Below, one piece after another: positions 19,049 to 28,690 of a stretch of DNA of 64,000 nt; position 1 is the stretch's first letter; each line of letters opens with the position of its first letter. Source of the DNA: an archaeon. Lineage in GTDB: Archaea; Micrarchaeota; Micrarchaeia; Anstonellales; Bilamarchaeaceae. The stretch spans positions 77,195 to 141,194 of the forward strand of contig JAGVNI010000008.1 of the NCBI GenBank assembly GCA_020053355.1. The letters are read 5' to 3'. The notes under the pieces were generated by a model. That model ran no database searches and had not been told where the DNA came from. It was given only the letters and a program-made list of their open reading frames with translations. Position numbers and translations under genes: made by a program.

Positions 19049-19384
19049 TCAATCATTTTTTTTTACTTCAGGCAGTCTCTTCCCTTCAGCCTGGGCGAGG
19101 AAGCGGTCCGCCTCGTCCTGGCCTATCATCTCGCCCAACTGGTGCGCCTCGACAATCCGCATGGGTGCGCCAATCTGGTCGGAAAGCTCCCATTCGGATG
19201 TGACTCTGCCCAGGGCCGGATCCGGGAGCCTGGTGAAGTTTGTCGAGAGCATGGATGACCGCGTGTCTGCTGATTCGGTGATTGCGGAGACGAGCGACGC
19301 TTTTCCAGCGAACCCCCTGGAGCCGTTAATCCTGCCGGGTTTCTGCGTTTCGGCCGGTTTTTGCTTTTCCTGATGATTTGCCAT
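19049..19384 (-). CDS. hypothetical protein
   Basis: 111-aa ORF with a GAGGA Shine-Dalgarno and an upstream TTTATAAA box. Confidence 0.6.
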   Translation of the reverse strand: MANHQEKQKPAETQKPGRINGSRGFAGKASLVSAITESADTRSSMLSTNFTRLPDPALGRVTSEWELSDQIGAPMRIVEAHQLGEMIGQDEADRFLAQAEGKRLPEVKKND

Positions 19385-19504
19385 AGCGATTCCTCTGACT
19401 CAATAGGATATGTTATGGTGAAAAATGTTTATAAAGGGATACAAAAGAGCGGATTTAAGCGAAAGGAATGGCGAGCCCCGCAGGGCGGGCGAATGAGAAA
19501 AAAA

Positions 19505-19860
19505 CGCTAGGAGCTTGGCTATAATGCCAAGTCCAGCATTTTTCTTCGAAAATCGCTAGGGGGGCTTCCATGATCGGTGTTCCGATCATGTGCCCCCATT
19601 CAACCGGTTCGTTGTTCGTTTGTTCACGCCGAGCGTCAAGCGCGATGTCAAGGTCGACGAATCGACCTTGAGCATGTTCGCGAACGGAATGCCGTTCGCG
19701 ACAGGCCAGTGAACAAAAAACGCTAGGGGGGAACGTTAAAATTAGCGGGCAACGCTGCTCTGATTTTTTTCAATCTCACACTCATTACAGGGATCAGGAG
19801 TTCAGATCTCCTTGTCGGCGAATTGCTTTTTCAATTGAAAGACGAAAGCTAGGGCCAGCA
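19505..19860. repeat. cluster of tRNA-Ser 3'-end copies and short perfect palindromes
   Basis: CGCTAGG(GGGG) at 19505, 19554 and 19721 matches the tRNA end at 20783. Inverted repeats at 19569-19590, 19648-19671 and 19678-19701. Confidence 0.75.
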
Positions 19861-20016
19861 GGCCATGTATCCTTGCCTGCCCACTCTAAATTGCTAAGCC
19901 GCAGGGCATCAGAAGCCCGTCTTGCGGGATTTTAGGCAAACATGGCGCCGATAACATTATTGTGGTTGTTTCTGTTATAATAAGTATTAAAAAGCCTAAC
20001 CCGAATATAATAATCA

Positions 20017-20574
20017 ATGAACGGGAAGATGAAACGCCCCAGTCCATCCCATCATTTGCCAGAGGGTAGTGTAAACTCTTGGCAATCACGGGAGCCCCTG
20101 AAGGAGTCTGAGCCAAAGCCGGGATTCCAAGACAGGGTAGAGGAACTTGCAAATCGCATTGCAGGGATCCGTTCTGATGGGAAGCGGAAGGTTCTAGTTT
20201 CGGTTTATGGGCTGCCTGATTCCGGAAAGTCCTATCTCATGGAAAAGGTCGCGGCGATTCTCAAGCAGTCTGGAATCATTACCGCTGTGCACAGCGGCGC
20301 AACGAGCAGAAGCGGAATAGAGCAGATAAAAAGCTTCGAGGAAGAGTACCCGCCCGAATGGAGCGCGCGTGTTTTCCTATTCCACTGCGCCTGGTTTCGC
20401 CAGGACAATTACCATCTTGACCCGAACGGCTTGGCTAGATCTGTGCTGGGGAGGGGTATTGACCTGAATATCCTGGTAACAAGGCATAGTGCAGCGGACA
20501 TGATGATGAATGAGGGGGATTATGACATGGTGATAGTCAATCCCGAAGCGCACAGGAAACAACCACTATTTTGA
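20017..20574 (+). CDS. small P-loop NTPase/kinase-like orphan
   Basis: VLVSVYGLPDSGKS Walker A; lies between the tRNA-Ser 3' end and its downstream copies. Confidence 0.7.
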   Translation: MNGKMKRPSPSHHLPEGSVNSWQSREPLKESEPKPGFQDRVEELANRIAGIRSDGKRKVLVSVYGLPDSGKSYLMEKVAAILKQSGIITAVHSGATSRSGIEQIKSFEEEYPPEWSARVFLFHCAWFRQDNYHLDPNGLARSVLGRGIDLNILVTRHSAADMMMNEGDYDMVIVNPEAHRKQPLF

Positions 20575-20782
20575 TCCGACACAATTTGGACGGCATAAGC
20601 TGATGAAATCAGCACTTACAGAAAGGCAATAGTTTTTTTAGCATCCAGACCCGAAAGTGCCTGAAACCTGATTCTGAATCGACCGATTTCTTCCCGTTAA
20701 GATGACAGTGGGAAGATAGAATATCGCAACCATTGATAGTGTTTGACGACTGCGTTAAGTCTAAGTATGTCAAAAAAAAGGA

Positions 20783-20920
20783 CGCTAGGGGGGAGATTTG
20801 AACTCCCGAACGCTTACGCGCAAAAGGTTTCCGCAACGCTTTTTATTGCCCGTTTTTAGGCGCTTTTTCCTAAAAAGCGCGATAGCAACCTTTCGCCCTA
20901 CCAGGCTAGGCGACCCCAGC
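20783..20920 (-). tRNA. tRNA-Ser(GCT) with 37/38 intron (~20829-20882)
   Basis: GCTGGGG/CCCTAGC+G acceptor, AAAGG-TT-GCT-A[intron]A-CCTTT, long variable arm, GGGAG-TTCAAAT-CTCCC. Confidence 0.92.
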
Positions 20921-21214
20921 AGAAACTTTCTTTATATCCTCATGAGGGTAAAGTTTCATCAAACTTCCGGATGCATACTTCTGATGGGGTTTGATGGCCG
21001 GAAACTCCGGCCAGCAACTCCCCAGCGTGAAAACAGTTGTTTCACCTTAGCTGGGGGCACATGGTCGAATCGTCGACCATGAACGACCCCAGCGTGAATA
21101 GCAAAGTGTTCTTTTCCGGCGGAGAGTTTTAAAGTCAATCTTTCCGGGGCTGCCAGGTTAATAATATGAGTTACGAGTTGGAATCCGCTTAAGAAATGGG
21201 GGTTAGGTGCATTC

Positions 21215-22090
21215 ATGGCTGATGAGATAGATCCCGAGGAGATGCTCAGGTTCCAGGCGCAGCTGCTTTCCGAGCTTGAGAAGAGGGGATACCTCCTTAC
21301 AGGTTTCACTGAGATGGGCTTCGGCTTCGTATCAACTGAGACCGGTGAGAAAAACGAGATAAGGACATCGACATATTTCAAACTATACAAGTCAGGAAAG
21401 ACGATTTCCGAGATAATCGAGCAGATAACTTCCATTAAAAAAGAAACGAAAACTATCGAGAAGGAGGATATCGAGAAATTATTTCCTATCGTGAAAGACG
21501 CCGGTTTCATGATAAGCTATGAGAAAACCCTCGAGCGCATGCTCGGCCAGTTGCCGCCGGAACATCCGGCCATGCCCATACTTTTCAAGAACTGGAAGGA
21601 CCGCGAGGTTTACATATTGTGCGGCATGGACCTCGGGCACAGCTACAGATACTTGTCTTTGGGCGATTTGAAGAAGATGGGGTTGAGTCACCAGGAACTG
21701 TATGCAAAGATGATAGATAACCTCGTAAAAAAGACAGAGTCTGCAATTAAAGAAAAAAAGGTCAATCACCTCAAACAGGCAGCCGGGATTCACTCCCTCG
21801 CATTTCCAGATGACCTTAGCCCCTCCTTCGTGCTGATCGCCCATCGCTATTTCGATTACCTTGAGGAGGTAACGGGGATTATCGGTGCGGAATATTTCGT
21901 CGCGTTTGTAGTGACAACCGAGGAAATCCTGATTTGCGGCCCTAGCCTCCCTCCGGAGGCGCTCAAAATTGCATATGGGAAGGTCCTCGCAAGGCAGGAA
22001 GAGCTGAAAAACCAGCCACAAGTGCACAAGATAGTGAGTATAGAGCCAGTTATACTAACCAGGCAGGGAATGGCTTTCTTCAAGCATTAA
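21215..22090 (+). CDS. DUF1444/YtpQ-like protein
   Basis: LFPIVK...ILCGMDLGHSYRYL..DLKKMGLS..EL..KMIDNL resembles the DUF1444 pattern. Confidence 0.6.
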   Translation: MADEIDPEEMLRFQAQLLSELEKRGYLLTGFTEMGFGFVSTETGEKNEIRTSTYFKLYKSGKTISEIIEQITSIKKETKTIEKEDIEKLFPIVKDAGFMISYEKTLERMLGQLPPEHPAMPILFKNWKDREVYILCGMDLGHSYRYLSLGDLKKMGLSHQELYAKMIDNLVKKTESAIKEKKVNHLKQAAGIHSLAFPDDLSPSFVLIAHRYFDYLEEVTGIIGAEYFVAFVVTTEEILICGPSLPPEALKIAYGKVLARQEELKNQPQVHKIVSIEPVILTRQGMAFFKH

Positions 22091-23280
22091 ACGACTTTAC
22101 CCCAGGCTGAGAGGCGCCATCTCTGGCCTACCTTCCTGGATATCGCGACGTGCATGTCCTTGTATACGACGGTCGGCTTCTTGAGCTTGATTGTCGCGAT
22201 GCCTTTTGCCAGCTTCGCGACGACGCCTACGCCGGTGGACGTGTGGACGTTCACTACGACCGGCTCGGCCTCGCGCAGCGGCATGTTCTGCATGTCCGCG
22301 CGCTCGAGGAGGGCGTATTTGACATTCAGCGTGTCCACAGGTTCCGGAACCTCGCCCTTCCTTCCGACGACAGAGCCGACGAGCGCGTCGGATTTCGTGA
22401 GCGACGGGTCGAGGGTCGTGCCGATTGCAACCAGGCCGCCGGGGCGGGCCGATTCGAGCTTCTCGGTCTCTTCCATGAGCATCTTGACAGTGCAGAGGAC
22501 AGACGCCGGCTTCGCGCCTTCCTTGCGGGAGATGCCAGGCATAATCTCGATTTCGTCCCCGATTTTGAGGACGCCCTGCACGATGGAGCCACCCAGCACG
22601 CCGCCGCTAAGCTCCTTGATTTCCGTTCCTGGCCGGTTGACATCGAATGAGCGCGAGACATACATCCGGAGCTCTGCCTTCTCGTCGTGCTTGGCAGGCT
22701 TCATGACTTCGTTGATGGCCTTTAGGAGCGCATCGATGTTCAGGCCGGCATTCGCTGAAACAGGTATCACCGGCGCGTTCTCGGCCGCAGAGCCCTTGAG
22801 GAATTGCTTTATCTGCTTGTAGTTCTCAAGCGCTTTCTCTTTCGTGACAAGGTCGATTTTCGTCTGTACTACTATGATGTTCTTGATGCCCGTCGAATTC
22901 AGGACGAGCAGGTGCTCGGTCGTCTGGGGCTGAGGGCATGGTTCGTTTGCCGCTATCAAAAAGAGCACGCCGTCCAGGATGCTTGTCGCCGATATGACAG
23001 TCGTCATCAGCGTCTCGTGGCCCGGCGCGTCCACAATCGACAGCTTGCGCAGAACCTTCGTCTTGGCCCCGCATTTGGGGCATTTGGCCTCGGTCGTAAG
23101 CAGGTCGTCCTTTGCGCATTGGTATATGAACGCATCAGCGTAGCCGAGCCTTATCGATATACCCCGCTTGATTTCCTCGCTGTGCGTGTCGGTCCATTTG
23201 CCGGTAAGCGATTTCGTCAGCGTCGTCTTGCCATGGTCGACATGCCCGAGCATGCCGATGTTCATCTCAGCCTGCATCAT
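22087..23280 (-). CDS. eif2g: translation initiation factor 2 subunit gamma
   Basis: NIGMLGHVDHGKTT, HSEEIKRGISIRLGYAD, DAPGHETLM, PQPQTTEH. Confidence 0.97.
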   Translation of the reverse strand: MMQAEMNIGMLGHVDHGKTTLTKSLTGKWTDTHSEEIKRGISIRLGYADAFIYQCAKDDLLTTEAKCPKCGAKTKVLRKLSIVDAPGHETLMTTVISATSILDGVLFLIAANEPCPQPQTTEHLLVLNSTGIKNIIVVQTKIDLVTKEKALENYKQIKQFLKGSAAENAPVIPVSANAGLNIDALLKAINEVMKPAKHDEKAELRMYVSRSFDVNRPGTEIKELSGGVLGGSIVQGVLKIGDEIEIMPGISRKEGAKPASVLCTVKMLMEETEKLESARPGGLVAIGTTLDPSLTKSDALVGSVVGRKGEVPEPVDTLNVKYALLERADMQNMPLREAEPVVVNVHTSTGVGVVAKLAKGIATIKLKKPTVVYKDMHVAISRKVGQRWRLSAWGKVV

Positions 23281-23666
23281 TTGGTCTCCTTTTTCTCGGC
23301 TTTCGGGAATAACTGCTCCAATGGTGAGGGCCCCGGCGTCTTGACCTTGGCGTTCACCTGGACTATCTCGGCCGAGTACGTGTTGCCGCGGACGTATTTG
23401 CGCCTGCGTTCGCCGCTTTCGGTGGCGTTGAACCCGACTCCGTCGCTCGTCAGTATTTGTTTTCTCGCCGAGCCGTGGACTTCCACCCGCATCGGGAAAC
23501 CGCTTCCGTCGCTGCCGCCGGTAAGTTCAAGCGTATAGCCTGCTGCGCCGACGACATTGCCGTCAAGCTCGTCTCCCAGTTTCTTCCCTGCTATAATAGC
23601 TTCCTTGTCTTTGGGGAGCTCGACTTGGTAGCTTTTTCCGCTGGACTCTGAAATAACTATTCGCAT
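23277..23666 (-). CDS. rps6e: 30S ribosomal protein eS6
   Basis: LTGGSDGSGFPM, GERRRKYVRGN; directly upstream of eif2g. Confidence 0.96.
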   Translation of the reverse strand: MRIVISESSGKSYQVELPKDKEAIIAGKKLGDELDGNVVGAAGYTLELTGGSDGSGFPMRVEVHGSARKQILTSDGVGFNATESGERRRKYVRGNTYSAEIVQVNAKVKTPGPSPLEQLFPKAEKKETK

Positions 23667-23749
23667 GTGTTCACCTCACAAATAGGATAGAATGAGCTTT
23701 GGGGGGGTTGTTTTATAAAAGATTAGGAAAATGAAAAAAAAGATAAAAT

Positions 23750-23965
23750 TCAGGCATTCTTGAGCTTAGCCTTGTATACGTAGCCGTCCTTGCCCAGATA
23801 GTACATGAAGCCGCTTTCCTTGCTGATCTTCTCGGAGCCGACTTTCTTCTTCTTGCCCCTGGTGTTGTGCTTCATCGGCGCTGCCCAGACATATCCGTCC
23901 TTTCCGACGTAATACAGGTATCCATCTTCCCTTGAGACTTTTTCAGATCCGACTTTTGATCCCAT
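23750..23965 (-). CDS. small basic chromatin protein, Cc1-like, internally duplicated
   Basis: KVGSEKVSREDGYLYYVGKDGYVW and KVGSEKISKESGFMYYLGKDGYVY repeats; GGAAGGTG Shine-Dalgarno. Confidence 0.75.
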   Translation of the reverse strand: MGSKVGSEKVSREDGYLYYVGKDGYVWAAPMKHNTRGKKKKVGSEKISKESGFMYYLGKDGYVYKAKLKNA

Positions 23966-24160
23966 GTTGACACCTTCCTAAATGCCTCCCGCGGGGAGGA
24001 TTCGTTAATTCCGTGACATACACCGAGAGATATTTTATAAAGGTATCGTCGATGCAACGACGGCAAAAGCACATTTTTAAACTGTCGGCATCAAAACGGC
24101 GCGCGGGGGGGCACGCCGTGGCGGCAAAGCGTTTATAACCAATGGGAGAGTGATTGACGC

Positions 24161-24421
24161 ATGTTCCAGGTCTTCGCGCGCCCAAAACCGTGCCGCATCC
24201 TCAGCTTGCTGCGCGATTCGGAAAGCACGTGGCACCTCTCGAAAATCGCGAAAAGCAGCGACACTACTTACGTATATGTCACGAAGCTGATGAGCCACCT
24301 TGCGATGAACGGGCTTGTCACTATTGAGGCGAAAGGGAAGAAGAGGGTCGTCAAGCTCACTGAACGGGGGATGCGCGTGGCGAAGGCGATAGAGGAATTG
24401 AAGAATACGCTTGAGGGTTAG
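24161..24421 (+). CDS. winged-helix (MarR-like) DNA-binding protein
   Basis: LSKIAKSSDTTYVYV...GLVTIEAKGKKRVVKLTERG. Confidence 0.88.
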   Translation: MFQVFARPKPCRILSLLRDSESTWHLSKIAKSSDTTYVYVTKLMSHLAMNGLVTIEAKGKKRVVKLTERGMRVAKAIEELKNTLEG

Positions 24422-24482
24422 ATATTTACGGATTTCCTGGAATGCCAGGAAAGAAGAAAACGGAATTCAGAAATAAAAAAAA

Positions 24483-24917
24483 TCAGACTGCCCGGAGCGC
24501 GGTGCTCTTCTTGATGTAGCTCATCACCTTGTCGTAGCCGATATAATGGGAGTATACGGTGACTTCGACGGGATAGTTGCCTTCCTTCGTCTGGTTGCTG
24601 GACCAGATGGTTATCGGGACATCCAGTATTGCGCCGGGCTTCATCTCGCCGACCCTTTTTTCCGAAGCCTTGTTGATGCAGGCCGGGTCGAAGCCTATCA
24701 TCGCTTCTCTTGGCAGCAGCGCATCCACCGAGACTATTTGCGGCGATGCCGACACGTTTTTCACCTTGACGACCAGGTCCACCGAGCTGCGGTTCTTGGC
24801 CGAGAGGCGGAGCGGGGTAAATGAGATTGAGACGTTGAACGGGTTGGATGATTTGTCCGCTTGCGGCTCTTCCTGCGAGCCTTTGTCGCTTCCTAGCACA
24901 GAGTCCCAGAATCCCAT
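24483..24917 (-). CDS. hypothetical protein with Ig-like beta-sandwich pattern
   Basis: VKVKN...VGEMKPG...GNYPVEVTVY; AGGTGA Shine-Dalgarno. Confidence 0.7.
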   Translation of the reverse strand: MGFWDSVLGSDKGSQEEPQADKSSNPFNVSISFTPLRLSAKNRSSVDLVVKVKNVSASPQIVSVDALLPREAMIGFDPACINKASEKRVGEMKPGAILDVPITIWSSNQTKEGNYPVEVTVYSHYIGYDKVMSYIKKSTALRAV

Positions 24918-24949
24918 AGAGTTTCACCTTGACATATCAATATTGAACG

Positions 24950-25498
24950 TTATAATATTAAAACCGCTGCAGCGACGACCGACGTCCAGTTCCCTTCCTT
25001 GTCGCATACCGCTGACTGCGTTATGTTCATGGTCTTGACGAACTTCCCGCTCATCTTGAACTGCTGCTCGCGCTCGTCCCAGGCGGTATTCGAATCGAAC
25101 GGGACGCCCAAAGACGATGCGAGCATCGTCGCCGCCAAATCTTCCGCGTATTCGCCCGCCTTCTCCTCTGTCTGGCCGAATGCGTGGTGCTCGCTCAGGT
25201 AGCCGTAAATCTCCTTGTCAGCCGGTATCGCGCAGCCGATTGAGGCTGCGATCAGCCGGTTCGGCTCGTTCGCAGCGCAGCGCGAGAGCACGGTGAACAC
25301 GACCTGCCCGCTGTTGAGGAGTTTTAGCCCTTCGACTTTGGGGATTATCTCGGCCTTTGGAGCGAGGATGCTTGAGACTGAAACGAGGTTGAACGGTGAG
25401 ATGCCCGCGTCGCGCAGCGCATACTCGAATGATGTGAGCTGCTCGGTCGCCCGGCCGACGCCTTTTGTGAAAAAGACCTTCTTCGGTATGAAATCCAT
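24950..25498 (-). CDS. pdaD: pyruvoyl-dependent arginine decarboxylase
   Basis: [30 protein letters not shown] (cleavage motif), YGYLSEHH. Confidence 0.95.
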   Translation of the reverse strand: MDFIPKKVFFTKGVGRATEQLTSFEYALRDAGISPFNLVSVSSILAPKAEIIPKVEGLKLLNSGQVVFTVLSRCAANEPNRLIAASIGCAIPADKEIYGYLSEHHAFGQTEEKAGEYAEDLAATMLASSLGVPFDSNTAWDEREQQFKMSGKFVKTMNITQSAVCDKEGNWTSVVAAAVLIL

Positions 25499-25612
25499 GG
25501 AGAGGTTACTGTGGGGAGTGTTTTAAAAATCCGTGCCGAAGATGGCAGGGACCGGAAATAACAGAAAAGGATTTATTACCGAAACCCGAATTCCAAGAAA
25601 CAAGGTGTCAGA

Positions 25613-26902
25613 ATGGAATATCAGCACAAGCTAATATTGGTGAGCGCGGTTCTCGTTGTCATCGCGCTGTATTTGGTTTTCACGATGCCGGCGCCCCCCG
25701 CGGGTGCCGACAACTCGCAGGCAGAGGCGCTGCTCCTAAAAAGCGCGGGATTCGGGAAAGGGCTTCTGAACTACACGTACGCCTACAGCGACGTCTCGGA
25801 CGGCTACAAGACGACATATGCCCTAATCGCCGCCGGGGAAACCAGGTATATCGAGATTACAAACCCCCTCTCAACCAAGAAGGTCTACCTCCTTGCCAAC
25901 GACACCATCTTCTGCATCAAATACCCCATAAACGAGTCATGCGTCTCGGTGCAGAACAACAGCGAGATGCAGAACTACATCGCATTCGTCGAGTCGAAAT
26001 TCTTCAACGACTCGAACATACTGAAGGCGGAGAGCTCGATGGACGCGCTTGTAAGCAGGGGATACCTGCATGCTGAGGCCGGGATTACGGATAAGACGGT
26101 CGGGAATGCCGCCTGCAGCCAGGTCGCATATACGATAGACTACTCCAACGCCACCGTGCAGGACGCCGCGCTCTTCGGAATCGGCGCCCAGTCGCCCAAG
26201 GTCTATAACCTGACAAGGTGCATCGACAACTCAAGCGGCCTGGCCTACGAGACCATGCTCGCATACACTGATAACTCAATCCGGCACTCCAAGTCCATGG
26301 TGGTCTCCGCTTTCAGGGAAGGCGCACCATCAATGCCGCAACCGCCCGAATCGTCCGGGGATGCAATTGGCGTATTTCGGAAAGAGAGGGAGCAGCAGGT
26401 CGCACTCGCCACCTGCCACACGGACAAGCAGGGCGAGGAGCGCGAGAAATGCGTGGCGGACATAGCGCTCAACCTGAAGCGCAAGGACATCTGCGAACTG
26501 GCGGGAGCGAGAAGGGACCGCTGCCTCATTTCCATCGTCCCCCTGACCAAGGACCAGACAATCTGCACCGCAGTGACGGCCGCATCCTACAAGGACGACT
26601 GCTTTATCGAGCTTGCCGGAGCGTACAAGAATTCGTCATACTGCGCGAACGTGCTGGACGCGTCCAAACTGGCAGCTTGCCAGGAAGCGGCGGCACCAAG
26701 GGTGGCGCAGAATGAGACCGATGATACGGGCGGCGAGTCTGCCCCAATCGACGCACCTGCTGGAAATGAAAGCGCCGGCAATGCCACCAGCAAAAACGAT
26801 GAAGTCGACGCGCTCGGCCTGCTCAATTACATCGAAAACTATGGCAAGAACACAAGCAACAGCAGCGCGAGCGGCAATATGACAGGCAATTCGACAGAGT
26901 GA
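25613..26902 (+). CDS. membrane-anchored extracellular protein with Cys-rich helical repeats
   Basis: N-terminal TM, repeats of the form EKCVADIA...ICE...DRC...ICT...DDCF...YC, many NxS/T sequons. Confidence 0.8.
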   Translation: MEYQHKLILVSAVLVVIALYLVFTMPAPPAGADNSQAEALLLKSAGFGKGLLNYTYAYSDVSDGYKTTYALIAAGETRYIEITNPLSTKKVYLLANDTIFCIKYPINESCVSVQNNSEMQNYIAFVESKFFNDSNILKAESSMDALVSRGYLHAEAGITDKTVGNAACSQVAYTIDYSNATVQDAALFGIGAQSPKVYNLTRCIDNSSGLAYETMLAYTDNSIRHSKSMVVSAFREGAPSMPQPPESSGDAIGVFRKEREQQVALATCHTDKQGEEREKCVADIALNLKRKDICELAGARRDRCLISIVPLTKDQTICTAVTAASYKDDCFIELAGAYKNSSYCANVLDASKLAACQEAAAPRVAQNETDDTGGESAPIDAPAGNESAGNATSKNDEVDALGLLNYIENYGKNTSNSSASGNMTGNSTE

Positions 26903-27008
26903 TTTGCCCGGCCTGTACCCTTATTCTTTCCCTTTTCAAAGCCCCCACTGCTGGAGCTCTAGGCAACGATTTATAAGAATCAGGTGACAGACTGAAACTG
27001 GGATATTG

Positions 27009-28166
27009 ATGAAGATAGCCCTGTTCACGGATACGTACCTTCCGCAGACCAATGGCGTCGTCGCCTACCTCTGCGACGCCATATCGGTGCTTTCGAAACG
27101 CCACGAGGTCGTGCTTTTCGCGCCGGGCGAAAGGCAGTTCCGCACCGAGCGGGTGTCCGCCAATTTCAGGATTTACTGGATACCATCACGGCCGTTCCCG
27201 TTCTACGAAGGATACCGCGTGGCATCGGTGGATTACCCGAGGATTGCCGCCCTCCTCAAGCAGGAAGCGCCGGACATCATCCATGCGCATGCTCCCATCA
27301 ATCTCGGCCTCCAGGGCGTGATAGCCGGCAAGAGGGGCAAAATCCCGGTGGTCATCACATACCACACCCATTACCCTGATTATGTCCCCCACCTCCTTAG
27401 CAGCAAGCTCCCGCTGTCCCTGGGGGATTTCGGAAAATACACCGCCAAGAAGTTCGTCCGGCACATGTTCGGGATGGCTGACATCGTGACCGCGCCGACG
27501 CACGAGCTGGTGAAAGAGCTGCGCTCGTATGGGATGAAAAACGTCGTCTATCTTCCCAACGGGGTCGACCTCGCGAAGCTCAAATGCAGCGCCAAGGAAG
27601 TCGCGGCCTTCCGGAAAGCGTACCGGATTCCTCCGGGGAAGAAAACAATCGTATACCTTGGAAGGCTCAGTTTCGAAAAAAAGGTCGACAAATTGCTCGA
27701 AGCGTTCCGGATGATTGAGGACGATGGCAAGTTCCTGATTGTGGCCGGGGGAGGCCCTTACCTGAAGAACTTCCGGGAGTTCGCGAGGACGATTGGGATA
27801 AAAAACGCGGTTTTCACCGGGTACGTGAAGCGCCCGGCCGTTGTCTACAAGGCCGCCCTGGTTTTCGCTTCCGCATCGGACAGCGAGACGTTCGGGCTCA
27901 CATATATCGAGGCGATGTATATGGGCCTCCCTGCAATAGGCGTGCGGAAGCTGGGGGCGAAGGAAGTGATAACGGACAACAAGGACGGCATCCTGGTGGA
28001 GCCGGACGATACGGCTGCATTCGCCAAGGCCATGAAAAAGCTGCTTGAGGACGATTCGGCCCGCAAGCGGATGGCAGCCCAAGGCAGGAAAACCGCGAAG
28101 AGGTATTCCATAGGGAAGAGCGTCGGGGATACCCTCCGGATATACGAAGGGCTGCTCAAACGCTAA
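27009..28166 (+). CDS. glycosyltransferase family 4 (GT-B)
   Basis: MKIALFTDTYLPQTNGV, TYHT, GRLSFEK, SETFGLTYIEAM. Confidence 0.93.
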   Translation: MKIALFTDTYLPQTNGVVAYLCDAISVLSKRHEVVLFAPGERQFRTERVSANFRIYWIPSRPFPFYEGYRVASVDYPRIAALLKQEAPDIIHAHAPINLGLQGVIAGKRGKIPVVITYHTHYPDYVPHLLSSKLPLSLGDFGKYTAKKFVRHMFGMADIVTAPTHELVKELRSYGMKNVVYLPNGVDLAKLKCSAKEVAAFRKAYRIPPGKKTIVYLGRLSFEKKVDKLLEAFRMIEDDGKFLIVAGGGPYLKNFREFARTIGIKNAVFTGYVKRPAVVYKAALVFASASDSETFGLTYIEAMYMGLPAIGVRKLGAKEVITDNKDGILVEPDDTAAFAKAMKKLLEDDSARKRMAAQGRKTAKRYSIGKSVGDTLRIYEGLLKR

Positions 28167-28176
28167 AAAAATCGGG

Positions 28177-28635
28177 GTGCTCTGGATATACGTGATTGTC
28201 GGAATCGACCCGGGGATAAAGACCGGATACGCCATACTGGACCTAGGCGGGAAGCTCGTGGCGAGCGGATGCGAGAAGGAGGCAAGCGATGAGCGAATGG
28301 TCAAGGTGATATCCAACGTGGGGATACCGGTCCTGGTTGCGGCCGACACCCACCCCCCGTCGTACTTCGTCCAGAAGATTGCCGCAAGGCTGAATGTGCG
28401 CGTATTCTCGCCACAGGAAAGCATGACGAAACTGGAAAAGAGGCAGATTGGCGCGGAAATCCCGGATGTGCACACCCGGGACTCGTACGCCGCTGCTGTC
28501 AAAGCGTTCCGCAGGTTCCAAAACCGCCTCCGGCAGATAGATTCCATGCAAAAAAGCGCCATGGAGAGGGAGGAGCTCAAAAAAATGGTGATATGCGGTC
28601 AGAGGATAGCTGAGCGGCTGAATAGGAACATTTAA
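28177..28635 (+). CDS. DUF460-type RNase H-fold protein
   Basis: IVGIDPGIKTGYAILDL, PVLVAAD, HTRDSYAAA. Confidence 0.8.
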   Translation: MLWIYVIVGIDPGIKTGYAILDLGGKLVASGCEKEASDERMVKVISNVGIPVLVAADTHPPSYFVQKIAARLNVRVFSPQESMTKLEKRQIGAEIPDVHTRDSYAAAVKAFRRFQNRLRQIDSMQKSAMEREELKKMVICGQRIAERLNRNI

Positions 28636-28690
28636 ATAGTCAAAATGAGCAATAACAGGATTGTTGTGGGTGATGTCTGTGGCGGTTAAA

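Noticed and set aside
19505-19860. CRISPR array
   Set aside because: The repeats are only 7-12 bp, irregularly spaced and match a tRNA end; there are no cas genes in the window.
19733-20782. Intact integrated mobile element at tRNA-Ser
   Set aside because: Only about 1 kb with one P-loop ORF and no integrase; at most a remnant.
27186-28580. 464-aa minus-strand ORF
   Set aside because: Antisense shadow of the GT4 and DUF460 genes, with no motifs.
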